From contig CAWFAD010000008.1 of the NCBI GenBank assembly GCA_963813815.1, forward strand, positions 32,001-96,000: 64,000 bases of DNA, written 5' to 3'. Below are positions 27,533-37,180 of this stretch, one piece after another (within the stretch, counting starts at the first letter, position 1; each line of letters opens with the position of its first letter). A program made the translations under genes and the position numbers. Below the pieces are notes generated by a model that did not search any database, had not been told where the DNA came from, and saw only the letters and a program-made list of their open reading frames with translations. This DNA comes from an uncultured bacterium. Its GTDB lineage: Bacteria > Krumholzibacteriota > Krumholzibacteriia > Krumholzibacteriales > Krumholzibacteriaceae.

Positions 27533-28882
27533 TCATTTATTGATTTCGTTCAGCATCTTCTGGAGCCCGAACCGCGTGAGCCCCATGCGCCGCGCGGCCT
27601 CGCAGAGATCCCCGCCGCACGCCGCGATAACCGCTCCGGTGTATTTCCTCTGAAACTCCTTGAGGACGGCGTTCTTCGCGTCGCGATACCCCATTCGGAA
27701 CAGAGCTTCGCCCGACAGGGCTCCTTCCGCGTTCTCCTCGAACACATTCCGGCCCCCGAAGGCGCCGCGCACGACGTACGCCTCGACCATGTTCTCGAGC
27801 TCGCGCACGTTGCCCGGCCAATCCCTGCGGCAGAGATCGATCATCATCGCCTCGTCGATTTCGCGCTTCGGCTTTTTGAGCTCGATCGACTTGCGCTCCA
27901 GAAAATAGCGGGCGAGAGCCGGAATGTCCTCCCTGCGCTCCCTGAGAGCCGGCACGTCGACCACGTTCGCGCCGAACCGGAAGTACAGGTCCTGCCGAAG
28001 CGATCCGGTCTCGAGGCTCTCCTTGAGCGGCCGATTCGTCGAGGCGAGGAGCTTTCCGCGGAAGGGGATCTTCCTCGAGCTCCCGTTCCGCTCGAACTCC
28101 CTTTCCTGGACGACGCGGAGGAGCTTGGCCTGCAGCGAGGAATCGATCTCCGTTATCTCGTCGAGAAAGAGAACGCCTTCTTGAACGAGCTCGAAAATCC
28201 CCGGAATGTCCTCGGCTCCGGTAAAAGCTCCCCGGACGCTTCCGAAGAGCTTCAGGCTGAAGGTCTCGCGGGGCACCGCGGCGCAGTTGAGCGGCAGAAA
28301 CGCCCGGCCGGGACAGAATCGCTTGTGAATCTCCCTCGCCACGAGCTCCTTGCCGGTTCCCGTCTCCCCGGTGATGAGCACCGGCCCCGGACTCCCGGCT
28401 GCGAACGCGATCTCGCGGCGCAGATCGCGCATCTTCGCGCCGTCGCCGACCATTGCGCCGTATATCTCGTCGATTTCCATCCGGAGCGCGTCGTTGAGCC
28501 GGCTGATTCTCTGCTCCTCGATCGCCCGCGATATCCTCCGCTCGAGGTCGCCGAGATCGGGCCTCTTGTCGATGTAATCGGCGGCCCCTTTCTTGAGAGC
28601 GGCGGTCGCCGAAGCCGACGACGAATCGCGCGTCACCATGATGACGGGCAAGCTCGCATCGGATGCGCGCAGCGCTTCGAGGATCTCGAACCCGTCGAGT
28701 CCCCTCCCGAGATCGATGTCGAGCAAAACGGCGTCGAAGCCGAGCCGTTCGTGCGCGGAAAGGGCCTCTTTCGCGTTGTGCGCCATCACGATCTCATAGC
28801 GATCGGTCATGAGCCTCCCGAGATCGCCCAGAAACGTCTCGTCGTCGTCCACGATGAGAATGCGCACCCGTTCGGCGTTCAC
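27533..28882 (-). CDS. NtrC-family sigma54-dependent response regulator
   Basis: Receiver domain; GETGTGKE, GAFTGA, LFLDEI and WPGNVREL motifs; C-terminal HTH. Confidence 0.93.
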   Translation of the reverse strand: MNAERVRILIVDDDETFLGDLGRLMTDRYEIVMAHNAKEALSAHERLGFDAVLLDIDLGRGLDGFEILEALRASDASLPVIMVTRDSSSASATAALKKGAADYIDKRPDLGDLERRISRAIEEQRISRLNDALRMEIDEIYGAMVGDGAKMRDLRREIAFAAGSPGPVLITGETGTGKELVAREIHKRFCPGRAFLPLNCAAVPRETFSLKLFGSVRGAFTGAEDIPGIFELVQEGVLFLDEITEIDSSLQAKLLRVVQEREFERNGSSRKIPFRGKLLASTNRPLKESLETGSLRQDLYFRFGANVVDVPALRERREDIPALARYFLERKSIELKKPKREIDEAMMIDLCRRDWPGNVRELENMVEAYVVRGAFGGRNVFEENAEGALSGEALFRMGYRDAKNAVLKEFQRKYTGAVIAACGGDLCEAARRMGLTRFGLQKMLNEINK

Positions 28883-31299
28883 GAAGTCCCCGCTTTCTCG
28901 GATTTTCTGAGAATGGCCCGCATGGTCGTTCCCGAGCCCAGGACGCTGTCGACGACGTAGATCTTTCCCCCGAATCTCGCGAGCTCCTGGCGGGAGTAGT
29001 ACAACCCGAAGCCCCCCTCGGCCTTCGTGGTATAGTGCCTATCGAAGACTCGCTCCCAATCCTCGCGCGGAATCCCGCATCCGTTGTCGCGAACGTCGAT
29101 CCGGCAGTAGTTCCCCTCCCATTGCGCCGCGATCGCGATCTCCGCGTCCGGCTTCCCTTCGGTCGCCCGGACGGCGTTCGTGAGAAGCGTCTCGAATATC
29201 TTGTCGAACGAGACGGAGGAAATAAAAACGGCGGCGCCTCCGGACGCATCCGGCGCGAGCGCGAACGAGATCCCCCCGGTCCCATGATCGTACCGGAATT
29301 GCGCGATCAAGCGATCGAGATTCTCGGCGACGGGGACGCTGAAAACGGATCGCAGATGCGAGCGAATTCCCGCGATCGACTCATCGACGGCATCGAGGGC
29401 AGAGAGCGTTTTCGCGATCTTCTCCTCCCAGGGGGCGGCCTTTTCGGAGTCGAAAGCGAGGACCTCCCCGATTCCGTCACCGGCGAGCCGAGCCTGCGAG
29501 AGGAGCGTCTCCCAAACTCCTTCCGGAACATTCGCCCTGCGGGCGAGCATAACGAGATGCTCGAGCTCCGGCACGATTGTTTCCCGGTACGTCTGCTGCA
29601 GTCTCGCGAAAAGATCCTCCCTCGTCACCCCATCGGAACGTATCCGCTCCCAGTTCTTCAAATGGAGCCGGAGGCGGTCGAGGGTCTTGAGGGACGATCC
29701 CCCGTGGCCGAAAGCCGACATCGCGGTGAGGAGCTCATTTTGCGCTTCCTGGAAATCGATCTGCTGCTCATGCCGCCGCCTGAGCCGGCGGCGGACGGAT
29801 ATCACGGCCCAGCCGCCGAGAAGCACGGCCGCCGACGCGCCGATCGTCAGGCGCCGCGAATGCGCCCTGAGCCGATCCGCGATCGGCGTCCTCGACATGG
29901 CCATGACATGGATCGAATCGCCGACCGCATGCCTGCTGTGCTCCTTGCTCCTGACGCTGCTGCCAGTCCTGAAGACGAAGTAATCCCTTCCCCCATGGCT
30001 GGCGCGCTGTACATCGAGTATGTTCTTGATCGGATGATCAGCGATTATGTTCCCTCTCTGGTCGAGCGCTATGAACCTGCCGGCCATGTAGCCGAGCAGC
30101 CGTTCTTTCCCGTCGCCGGCGAAATCACTCGCTCCATAGAACCGAAAACCCGAACCCCCCACCTGCTTGAAAGAAACGAGTTCCCTTCTCGTTTTGAAAT
30201 CGTGACTGAACAAGGAAAGGCTTCTGCCGACTCCCTCAATGAGAATTTCCGGAATGGAGTCGCGGTCAAGATGCACCGCGTGAATTTCACACACCCGGGA
30301 AGACAATAGAAAGGTGGAGAGCATCTTGCCCTCATGGTTCAGGATCGCTACGTTCCACGGATTCGTCGAATTGATGAAGGTCGAGTCGCCCATCTCCGCA
30401 TACCGAGTGGCGAGAATCTCTTTCAAGCCGTCGTGGTCGATGTCCGCGATCGCAAAGTCGCACCGGCCCGCGTACCCGGACATTTCCATGCTCCAGAGAC
30501 AGCGCCCGTCGCGCCGATCGAGACAGAATAATTGGGATAAGCTGTCGACGTGCCCGTGGCACACAATCCCGGAGGTCAACCCGCCGGTCGCCAGCAAGAC
30601 GCGAGGAACGCCGGCGCCGAAATCTTCGCACTTCATATTCAGCAAATAAGCCCCACAATCGAAGCGCCACAGATCCCGGCCCGTCGCCCCATCGTAAGCG
30701 AGGAGGGAACGGCAAGGCGCTTCGTCCTTGGGCATATTGAGCTGGATAAGAATCGTCGCGCGCGGGTCCCCGTCCGCTTTGAGGCTTCTTACCGTGATGT
30801 TAGAGAAGCATAGCAGAGGATCCTGCAACGCCCCTTTTCTCGGAGGAAGCAAAGGACCGATCGTATAGATGGGCGCCGACGCCTCATTCGGCGAAAACCA
30901 TCTATAGCAGAAAAGATATGGAGCCTCCCGCACGTTCCTGAGGACGAGGAACTCCTGCCGCCCATCGCCGTCAACATCCGCCACGACACGGGTGCTTCCG
31001 ACGCCACCGTATACGCGCTCCCCCGCGAGAGTCAGCTCGTTCCCCTGTAACCGGTACCGGAGGAGCCGATCATCCTTGTTGACGAAAAAATCGTCATTGC
31101 CGTCGTGATCGATGTCGGAAGCGATCAAAGGCCGGAACGATACGATTGGTTGGGAAACGACCTTCTCGATTCTGAAAGGGGTCACCCCGGTGTTGGGTCC
31201 CGAGGCTGCGTCCCGCCGGGGCCCCGCGCTCAGCACGAGGAGCACGCCGCCCAGAACGGCGAATGCGATTATGTATCCTATTGGCTTCGTCAGACGCAT
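28879..31299 (-). CDS. Membrane sensor histidine kinase with FG-GAP/beta-propeller-like extracytoplasmic domain
   Basis: DIDHDG/DVDGDG repeats; TM segment; HATPase motifs LTNAVRA, DNGCGI and GGFGL. Confidence 0.82.
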   Translation of the reverse strand: MRLTKPIGYIIAFAVLGGVLLVLSAGPRRDAASGPNTGVTPFRIEKVVSQPIVSFRPLIASDIDHDGNDDFFVNKDDRLLRYRLQGNELTLAGERVYGGVGSTRVVADVDGDGRQEFLVLRNVREAPYLFCYRWFSPNEASAPIYTIGPLLPPRKGALQDPLLCFSNITVRSLKADGDPRATILIQLNMPKDEAPCRSLLAYDGATGRDLWRFDCGAYLLNMKCEDFGAGVPRVLLATGGLTSGIVCHGHVDSLSQLFCLDRRDGRCLWSMEMSGYAGRCDFAIADIDHDGLKEILATRYAEMGDSTFINSTNPWNVAILNHEGKMLSTFLLSSRVCEIHAVHLDRDSIPEILIEGVGRSLSLFSHDFKTRRELVSFKQVGGSGFRFYGASDFAGDGKERLLGYMAGRFIALDQRGNIIADHPIKNILDVQRASHGGRDYFVFRTGSSVRSKEHSRHAVGDSIHVMAMSRTPIADRLRAHSRRLTIGASAAVLLGGWAVISVRRRLRRRHEQQIDFQEAQNELLTAMSAFGHGGSSLKTLDRLRLHLKNWERIRSDGVTREDLFARLQQTYRETIVPELEHLVMLARRANVPEGVWETLLSQARLAGDGIGEVLAFDSEKAAPWEEKIAKTLSALDAVDESIAGIRSHLRSVFSVPVAENLDRLIAQFRYDHGTGGISFALAPDASGGAAVFISSVSFDKIFETLLTNAVRATEGKPDAEIAIAAQWEGNYCRIDVRDNGCGIPREDWERVFDRHYTTKAEGGFGLYYSRQELARFGGKIYVVDSVLGSGTTMRAILRKSEKAGTS

Positions 31300-31420
31300 T
31301 CTCGAAATGTAGACCGGTTGGCGATCCGAACCGGATGGATGTGTCTTTATATTCTAAAGCACATCCACCATGCCTGTCAACGCGCGAGCGCGGTCGCCGA
31401 GCTTCGGCGCGGCCCGGCAC

Positions 31421-31452
31421 AAAAACGCCCCCCGGCGCATGCGCCGGGGGGC
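31421..31452 (-). terminator. Intrinsic terminator after HU gene
   Basis: GCCCCCCGGCGC-at-GCGCCGGGGGGC, followed by GTTTTT on the minus strand. Confidence 0.8.
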
Positions 31453-31486
31453 TTCGCTTCACTCGGCAATGAATCCGCGAGCGCTC

Positions 31487-31810
31487 TTAGAGCATGTCCT
31501 TGATGGCCTTCAAGGGACGGACACGCACCGTGCGCGAGGCCGGACGCGCCTTCTGCTTGATCATCTCGCCGGTGAAAGGATTGCGGACGAGCTTGCCGCC
31601 AGCAACCGCGGGTTTCTTCACCAGCGTGAGCTTCATGAGGCCCAGCTGGTTGAAGATCCCGTACTTCTTGACCGACTTGATCATGACGTCGGTCAGCGCG
31701 TCACAGACGGCGACGACGTCCTTCCGGGCGAGGCCGGTCTTCGCGGCGATTTCGCGATAGACCTCGTTCTTGGTCGGCGGCTTGTTTCCGACGGGTTTCT
31801 TCTTCGCCAT
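31487..31810 (-). CDS. HU family DNA-binding protein
   Basis: TKNEVYREIAAKTGL, RNPFTGE and KARPAS motifs. Confidence 0.9.
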   Translation of the reverse strand: MAKKKPVGNKPPTKNEVYREIAAKTGLARKDVVAVCDALTDVMIKSVKKYGIFNQLGLMKLTLVKKPAVAGGKLVRNPFTGEMIKQKARPASRTVRVRPLKAIKDML

Positions 31811-31948
31811 TTTCCTTGCTCCTCCTTCGCCGTAGGGGTGAACGGATACCAACCTCCATAAGCGCTGCGCATCATAGCGCACAATATGCCTGTATGCACA
31901 GATATTTTTGCGTTTTCAGCCAAAAACTCCAAAGAGGGAGCACGCGGA

Positions 31949-33082
31949 CTATTCGGGGGGAGCGCCGGCGAGCCCCCGCTCCGTGGTCAGGTACACGGCG
32001 AACGAGGCGAGCCAATGCCCGCCCTCGTAATGCTCGCCCGTCACGGCGCGCACGCCGGACGCGGCGTGGACCGCCGCCGCCGCGCGAAGGGCCGGAATCC
32101 GGATATCGTCCGGCGGAAGACCCCGGGCGATCCCCTCGAGCATCCAGGCGCGGCTCAGATTGAGGCCGTCGAGATGGACGAGCTTCCCGTCCGCCGGATC
32201 GGTGACGGCGCCCGGCTCGAGCCAGTCGCCCCGGCCGTCGCGGGGGATCCCCGGGAGGAATGATTCGAGCCATTTCGCGTACTCCGACGGCTCGAGGACC
32301 CGCCGCACGAGATCCGCCTCGGCAAGACAGGGGGAAAGAAAGTCCTCGCCCGATGGCTCATAGCCGAGAGGCGCATCTCGGTCGCCGAGAAAGAAATCCC
32401 TGACGCGCGACTCGATGAGCTCCTCCGCCTTCCGGTCGCCCGAAACGCGGGCCCAGTCGAGCGCGAGCCCGAGGGCGAAGGCCGTCTGGCTGTGCTCCCC
32501 CGAGCGAACCGGGCGGGTGAGCTTGGGAAGCCAGCTCCCGAGCCTCTCCATAGCGAGCTTCTCGAGCGGCGCGAGCGCCCTACCCCACTCCGCCGCCCGC
32601 GGATCGTCCCATTCCCTGAGCTCCGCGGCGAGCTGCAAAAGCCAGGCGAGGCCGTAGGGCCGCTCGAAAGAAGCGCGGTCCTCGGCGGAGAGATAAGCGA
32701 CCTCGGCGGCGATATTGCCGGAGGTCAGGCTTCGGCCCAGCGCTTCGCGGGCGGGCTCGACGAACGGAGCCCCGGGATAGAGACGCGCCAGCCGGACGAG
32801 GAGCCAGTGGCCGTGCACGGCGGAATGCCAGTCGTAGCAGCCGCAGAAGGCCGGCGTCAGCCGCCGCGGCGGAAGCGCGTCGGCGTCGCTCGCGAGGGTA
32901 TGGGCGATCTTGTTGGGATACTCCTGATGGACGCACTTCATGGCCAGCGCGGCGAAGCGGCCGGCCGCCGCCTCGTCGAGGCGGCGATTGTCCCCGCCCG
33001 CCGGACGAATCGATGACGACCAAAGAACAATTATCGCGACCGCTCCCGCGGCGAGGAGGATCGATGCCCGCGCGATTCCCAT
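31949..33082 (-). CDS. DUF2891 domain protein
   Basis: EYPNK, GCYDWHSAVHGHW, FERPYGLAW, HLDGLNLSRAW and HYEGGHWL motifs. Confidence 0.88.
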   Translation of the reverse strand: MGIARASILLAAGAVAIIVLWSSSIRPAGGDNRRLDEAAAGRFAALAMKCVHQEYPNKIAHTLASDADALPPRRLTPAFCGCYDWHSAVHGHWLLVRLARLYPGAPFVEPAREALGRSLTSGNIAAEVAYLSAEDRASFERPYGLAWLLQLAAELREWDDPRAAEWGRALAPLEKLAMERLGSWLPKLTRPVRSGEHSQTAFALGLALDWARVSGDRKAEELIESRVRDFFLGDRDAPLGYEPSGEDFLSPCLAEADLVRRVLEPSEYAKWLESFLPGIPRDGRGDWLEPGAVTDPADGKLVHLDGLNLSRAWMLEGIARGLPPDDIRIPALRAAAAVHAASGVRAVTGEHYEGGHWLASFAVYLTTERGLAGAPPE

Positions 33083-33135
33083 GAATGGATAGTAGTCCCA
33101 CGCGGCGGAATAAAATCAAGCGGAGGAAAAGACAA

Positions 33136-33165
33136 TTGACGCGGGAGGGCGTTTTGCTGTACGAT
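33136..33165 (+). promoter_or_regulatory. Putative sigma70 promoter of the redoxin-peptide operon
   Basis: TTGACG-18 bp-TACGAT. Confidence 0.45.
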
Positions 33166-33292
33166 TTCGCCCGAGCTTGCGAGTTTTTCGAAATCCTAGG
33201 GGTTGCAGTTAGCTCTTATTCCAGACAATGATTTCCTTCGCCATTTCCATGTGGACGAATGCATCCATTTCTTACGCCCGGAGGTGCGGTGA

Positions 33293-33902
33293 ATGCAGGG
33301 TGGCTTGAAACGCATAGCCGTCTTGAGCGTGGTCGTGGTCGTGGTCGTGGCCGTCGCCTACATCCTCGGATCGGCGACCGGCGCTTACCTGAGAGGCGGG
33401 AGCAGAGCAAAATCGAAAATGATGTATCGCAAAGAGGCAGGCCGACACGAGGGCGATGGCCGAGAGCACGGCGGCTGATAAGGTTGGAGCCGTTCTCCCC
33501 AATCATGTTTTCTCCGATCTCGACGGCAATCCCGTCACGCTCGCCGAGGTTCTCACGAAAAAAACGGTGCTGACCGTCTTCTCGGCGAACTGCGATTACT
33601 GCAAGGAAGAGATGGATCTAGTCCTGCGGCTCGCCGAAAACGACGGCGACTGGAAGACATTCGTCTTCATATCGGGCGACAGCACGCAGGCTCTTCGGGC
33701 GATGCGCGACACGCTGGATTCGAGGATGCGAATCCTCTACGACAAGGACTTCAAGTTCGCCTCGTCCTTCTTTGGCTTCGTGCCCTTCCCCTTCACGATC
33801 ATCACGGACAACACGGGAACGGTTCTGGATTTCATGGTTGGCACGCTCGTCGAGAGAGAGATAAAGGACATTCTCGCCTTCAACAGAAAACAGAAGGATT
33901 GA
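33293..33902 (+). CDS. Membrane-anchored thioredoxin-like (TlpA/redoxin) protein, apparent frameshift near 33420-33456
   Basis: TM anchor in ORF 33293-33478; GAVLPNHVFSDLDG, CDYC and FPFT in ORF 33456-33902. Confidence 0.75.
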
Positions 33903-33966
33903 TCGATGAAATCCGATGGCTCCGGCGTCATGGTACAAGGCTGCAAAGCGGAAGGGAGGTGATTTC

Positions 33967-34218
33967 ATGAAGAGCAATTTCCTGGCGATGTTGGCCCTGG
34001 CGTTTCTTTTTGCATTCGTGTTCTCCTTGGCAATGACATTCGCTGTGGATCTGAAGGCAAAAGATCCCTACTTTTGCGGCGGCTGCTGCTATATCCCGGC
34101 AAAGGTGAGGTGCACCGCGGGATGGGGGCGGCTGATTGACAACAAGTGCGACTGCAGAATAATCATCTGCCCGGCAATCGACCCGCCGTGCAGGTACGTG
34201 TGCCCGGTTTGCGGTTAG
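33967..34218 (+). CDS. Secreted 10-cysteine peptide 1
   Basis: GGGAGGT RBS; hydrophobic leader; core CGGCC...C...CDC...C...C...C..CG. Confidence 0.85.
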   Translation: MKSNFLAMLALAFLFAFVFSLAMTFAVDLKAKDPYFCGGCCYIPAKVRCTAGWGRLIDNKCDCRIIICPAIDPPCRYVCPVCG

Positions 34219-34312
34219 CATCTCAATCGACAGCGGCTCACGCCTGACGCCGGAGCCGGAGGATAGAGGGGTCCCATCCGAGAACGCGAAAGACTCGAGG
34301 GGAGGTGATTTC

Positions 34313-34561
34313 ATGAAGCGTTACCTTCCGACAATGCTGGCCCTGCTGTTCCTGTTCGTGTTCGTGTTCTCAGTGGCCGCGGCGATCACCGGAGAGCTGA
34401 CCGCCGCGACGACGTACAAGTGCGGCGCGTGCTGCTACAAGCCGCCGACGACCAATTGCACCGCGGAGTATGGGCAATTGATCACCGGTATGGGCTGCAG
34501 CTGCAACGCCGTCGTGTGCTACCCGACGAAGTGCGTCTTCATCTGCAAGAGCTGCAGCTGA
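34313..34561 (+). CDS. Secreted 10-cysteine peptide 2 (paralog)
   Basis: Same RBS/start context as peptide 1; core CGACC...C...CSC...C...C...C..CS. Confidence 0.85.
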   Translation: MKRYLPTMLALLFLFVFVFSVAAAITGELTAATTYKCGACCYKPPTTNCTAEYGQLITGMGCSCNAVVCYPTKCVFICKSCS

Positions 34562-34645
34562 GAGTTCGCTGCGACGTTCGATCATGGGCGGCGCCGGAGC
34601 CCGGCCGATGCGATCGGCCCCAAGGTTCCGGCGCCGCCGTCTCTC

Positions 34646-35938
34646 ATGGGAGGTTCGCGTACGTTGTTTTCCATTCGCCGGTCCGCCTGCTTCGCGGCCG
34701 CAGCGGCGGCCGCGCTCGCGCTCGCGTGGCGCTCCGAAGCGGCCGCTCAGACCGCGTGCGCCGAGGACTCGCTCCTCCAGGCGGGAGCGTCGAAGGTGTA
34801 CCTCGACCTGCCCGAGAAGTATCACGACTACATCAAGGCCGAGATCCCGTGGGTGAACTACGTTCGGGACCGCCATCTCGCCGACGTACAGATCCTCCTC
34901 ACGAAAGAGACCACGGGAAGCGGGGGCGACGAGTTCACGCTGACGCTCTTCGGGCGCGGCGAGTTCGATGGGGTGAACGACACGCTCGTTTTTTCACTGG
35001 AGCCCTCGTACACGGAGGACGCGGCGCGGAGCGCCATCGTCACGCATCTCGAGCGGGGTCTCGTGCGGTACGTCGAAAAGACGCCGGTCGCGGACTATCT
35101 CGATATTTCCTACACGAGGCGGTCCGCCCCCGAGGCGATGCGGGACCGATGGGATTACTGGGTATTCGCCGTGAGCGCGCAGGGATGGGCGCAGGGAGAG
35201 AAGAGCTACGACAACGCCTATCTCTGGAGCACCGTGAGCGCCGACCGAGTCACCTCGTCGCTCAAGATCGGTCTCGATCTCGGCTCGAGCTATAACGAGA
35301 GCGCTTTCGACGTGGGCGGGGCGACGATCACGAGCATCTCGCGATCGCATTACCTGAGCGGCACCGCCGTCAAGAGCGCCGGGGAACACTGGTCGTACGG
35401 GATCTTCACGGGGCTCAGCTCGTCGTCGTACGGCAATACCGATCTCGAGCTCTACGCGGGCCCCGCGGTCGAGTACAACGTCTTCCCGTACTCCGAGTAC
35501 ACGCGGCGGGAGCTCCGCGTCCTCTACCGCATTCTCTACTATCACGATCGTTATCTGGAAGAAACGATATACGGCTTCACCGAGGAGGACCGCCTCAAGG
35601 AGCGCCTCTCGATCGAGTACGTGGCCAAGGAGCCGTGGGGCTCGATCTCGGCGAGCGTCCTCGGATCCCACTACCTTCATGACTTCGACAAGAACCGGCT
35701 GACCTTCACCTGCGATCTATCCCTGCTCATCGTCCGCGGGCTTTCGCTCACGCTCGCCGGGAGCGCTTCGTTGATCCACGATCTCCTCTCTCCCGCGAAG
35801 GGCGAGGCGAGCACGGAAGAGCTCCTCCTCCGCCAGCAGCTGCTCGACACCCAGTACACCTACTACGTTTCGTTCGGGTTCCAGTACTCGTTCGGCTCGA
35901 TCTACACCAACGTGGTCAATCCGCGCTTCGGGGGCTGA
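34646..35938 (+). CDS. Hypothetical outer membrane protein
   Basis: Signal peptide; aromatic alternating strands; C-terminal YSFGSIYTNVVNPRFGG. Confidence 0.75.
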   Translation: MGGSRTLFSIRRSACFAAAAAAALALAWRSEAAAQTACAEDSLLQAGASKVYLDLPEKYHDYIKAEIPWVNYVRDRHLADVQILLTKETTGSGGDEFTLTLFGRGEFDGVNDTLVFSLEPSYTEDAARSAIVTHLERGLVRYVEKTPVADYLDISYTRRSAPEAMRDRWDYWVFAVSAQGWAQGEKSYDNAYLWSTVSADRVTSSLKIGLDLGSSYNESAFDVGGATITSISRSHYLSGTAVKSAGEHWSYGIFTGLSSSSYGNTDLELYAGPAVEYNVFPYSEYTRRELRVLYRILYYHDRYLEETIYGFTEEDRLKERLSIEYVAKEPWGSISASVLGSHYLHDFDKNRLTFTCDLSLLIVRGLSLTLAGSASLIHDLLSPAKGEASTEELLLRQQLLDTQYTYYVSFGFQYSFGSIYTNVVNPRFGG

Positions 35939-37180
35939 CGGCGGCCGAGCAGCCACACGAAGCCGGCCGCCGCGAGGGCGAGGACGAGGGGCTCGATCGG
36001 TATCCTATAGCGGATGGCGGAAGTGAAAACTGCGTGAACCGCCGTCTGGCTCGCGATGAGGATGACGAAGAGCAGGGTCGCGCCCCGCCGCCATCCGCGC
36101 CGCGCGGCATGAAGCGCCGCCAGCGGCAGGGCGACGCCGAAGCTCCCGATGGTCAGGAGACTCTGCCAGAGCGGAACCCGCGGGGAGTATACCTTCCAGA
36201 GCTGCCCGAGCCGCACGGCGCAGAGCTCGAGAAAGCGGCCGGGATGCGAGCGGATGAACGCCGCGGCGTCCGCCTGATACAGCCTGCCGCGCTGCGCCTC
36301 GTTGGGGTGCAGTTCGCGCGGGTGGATGAGGGACAGCTCTTCGCTGAACAGTCGAAAATCATGGCTCAGGATCCCCGTGGCCCGCGGATTATTCCCGATG
36401 TAGAGCTCGATCCCTCCCCCCGTCGAGGCCGGCACGAACTCGCCCTGAAGACGCGCGTTTCTCGCGGCCCACGGCGCGAGCACGGCGGCGAACGCGATGC
36501 ACGCGAGCGCCGCGGCCTCGATGCGACGCCGCCGGCCCGGCGCGACGAGGAGTATCCAGAGAACGATCCCCGGCACGAACGCCAAGCCGGTCGGCCGGCA
36601 AGAGCGCGCCCGCCCCGCCGAAGAGACCGGCGAGGGCATACCAGCGGAGCGAATTTCTCCGCCATCCCTCGACGAGGGCCCAGGCGAGCAGCCCCGTCGC
36701 CGTCGCGCTCGATAGGTCCGTGAGGAGGTCGCCGCCGTACCGCACCCAGTTCGGAAAAACCGCGGCGGCGAGGGCGCATATCATCCCCGCTCGCCTGTCG
36801 GCGAGGGCGCGCCCGAGGAGATAGCAGACCGGCACGAGAAGAGCGCCCAGCACGCACATGAGGACGCGGCCCCAAACGACGCTGGGTCCCGTAAAGTAAA
36901 AGAGCGCGGCCAGAACGAGGGGCACGCCGGGGGTTCGAGCCGAGCTCGGCCGTCCGTCCGCGCCGGCGACGCCTCGTCCTTCGACGAGACTCACCGCGCG
37001 CGCGTAGTAGTCCGGCTCGTCCCCGTCGAGCGGGCGATCGAGCCCCCCCGCCACCCACTCGGCGGCGGCGATGCGGAGAATAACCGCGACGAGGAAGACG
37101 CCCGCAAGGAGCACAGGGACGCGCGAGCGCGGGGACGGCGCGCGGGCCGCCGCGCCGAGATCAGGCGATGTGCCGCTCAT
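35902..37180 (-). CDS. GT-C (family 39-like) membrane glycosyltransferase, split by frameshift near 36600
   Basis: DEPDYY in ORF 36389-37180 continues as CRPT...ELYIGNNP...RYRIP in ORF 35902-36639. Confidence 0.75.

Noticed and set aside
33967..34561. Cys peptides as c-type cytochromes, ferredoxins or ranthipeptides
   Set aside because: No CxxCH, no CxxCxxC ferredoxin motif, and no adjacent radical SAM enzyme; they have export-type leaders.
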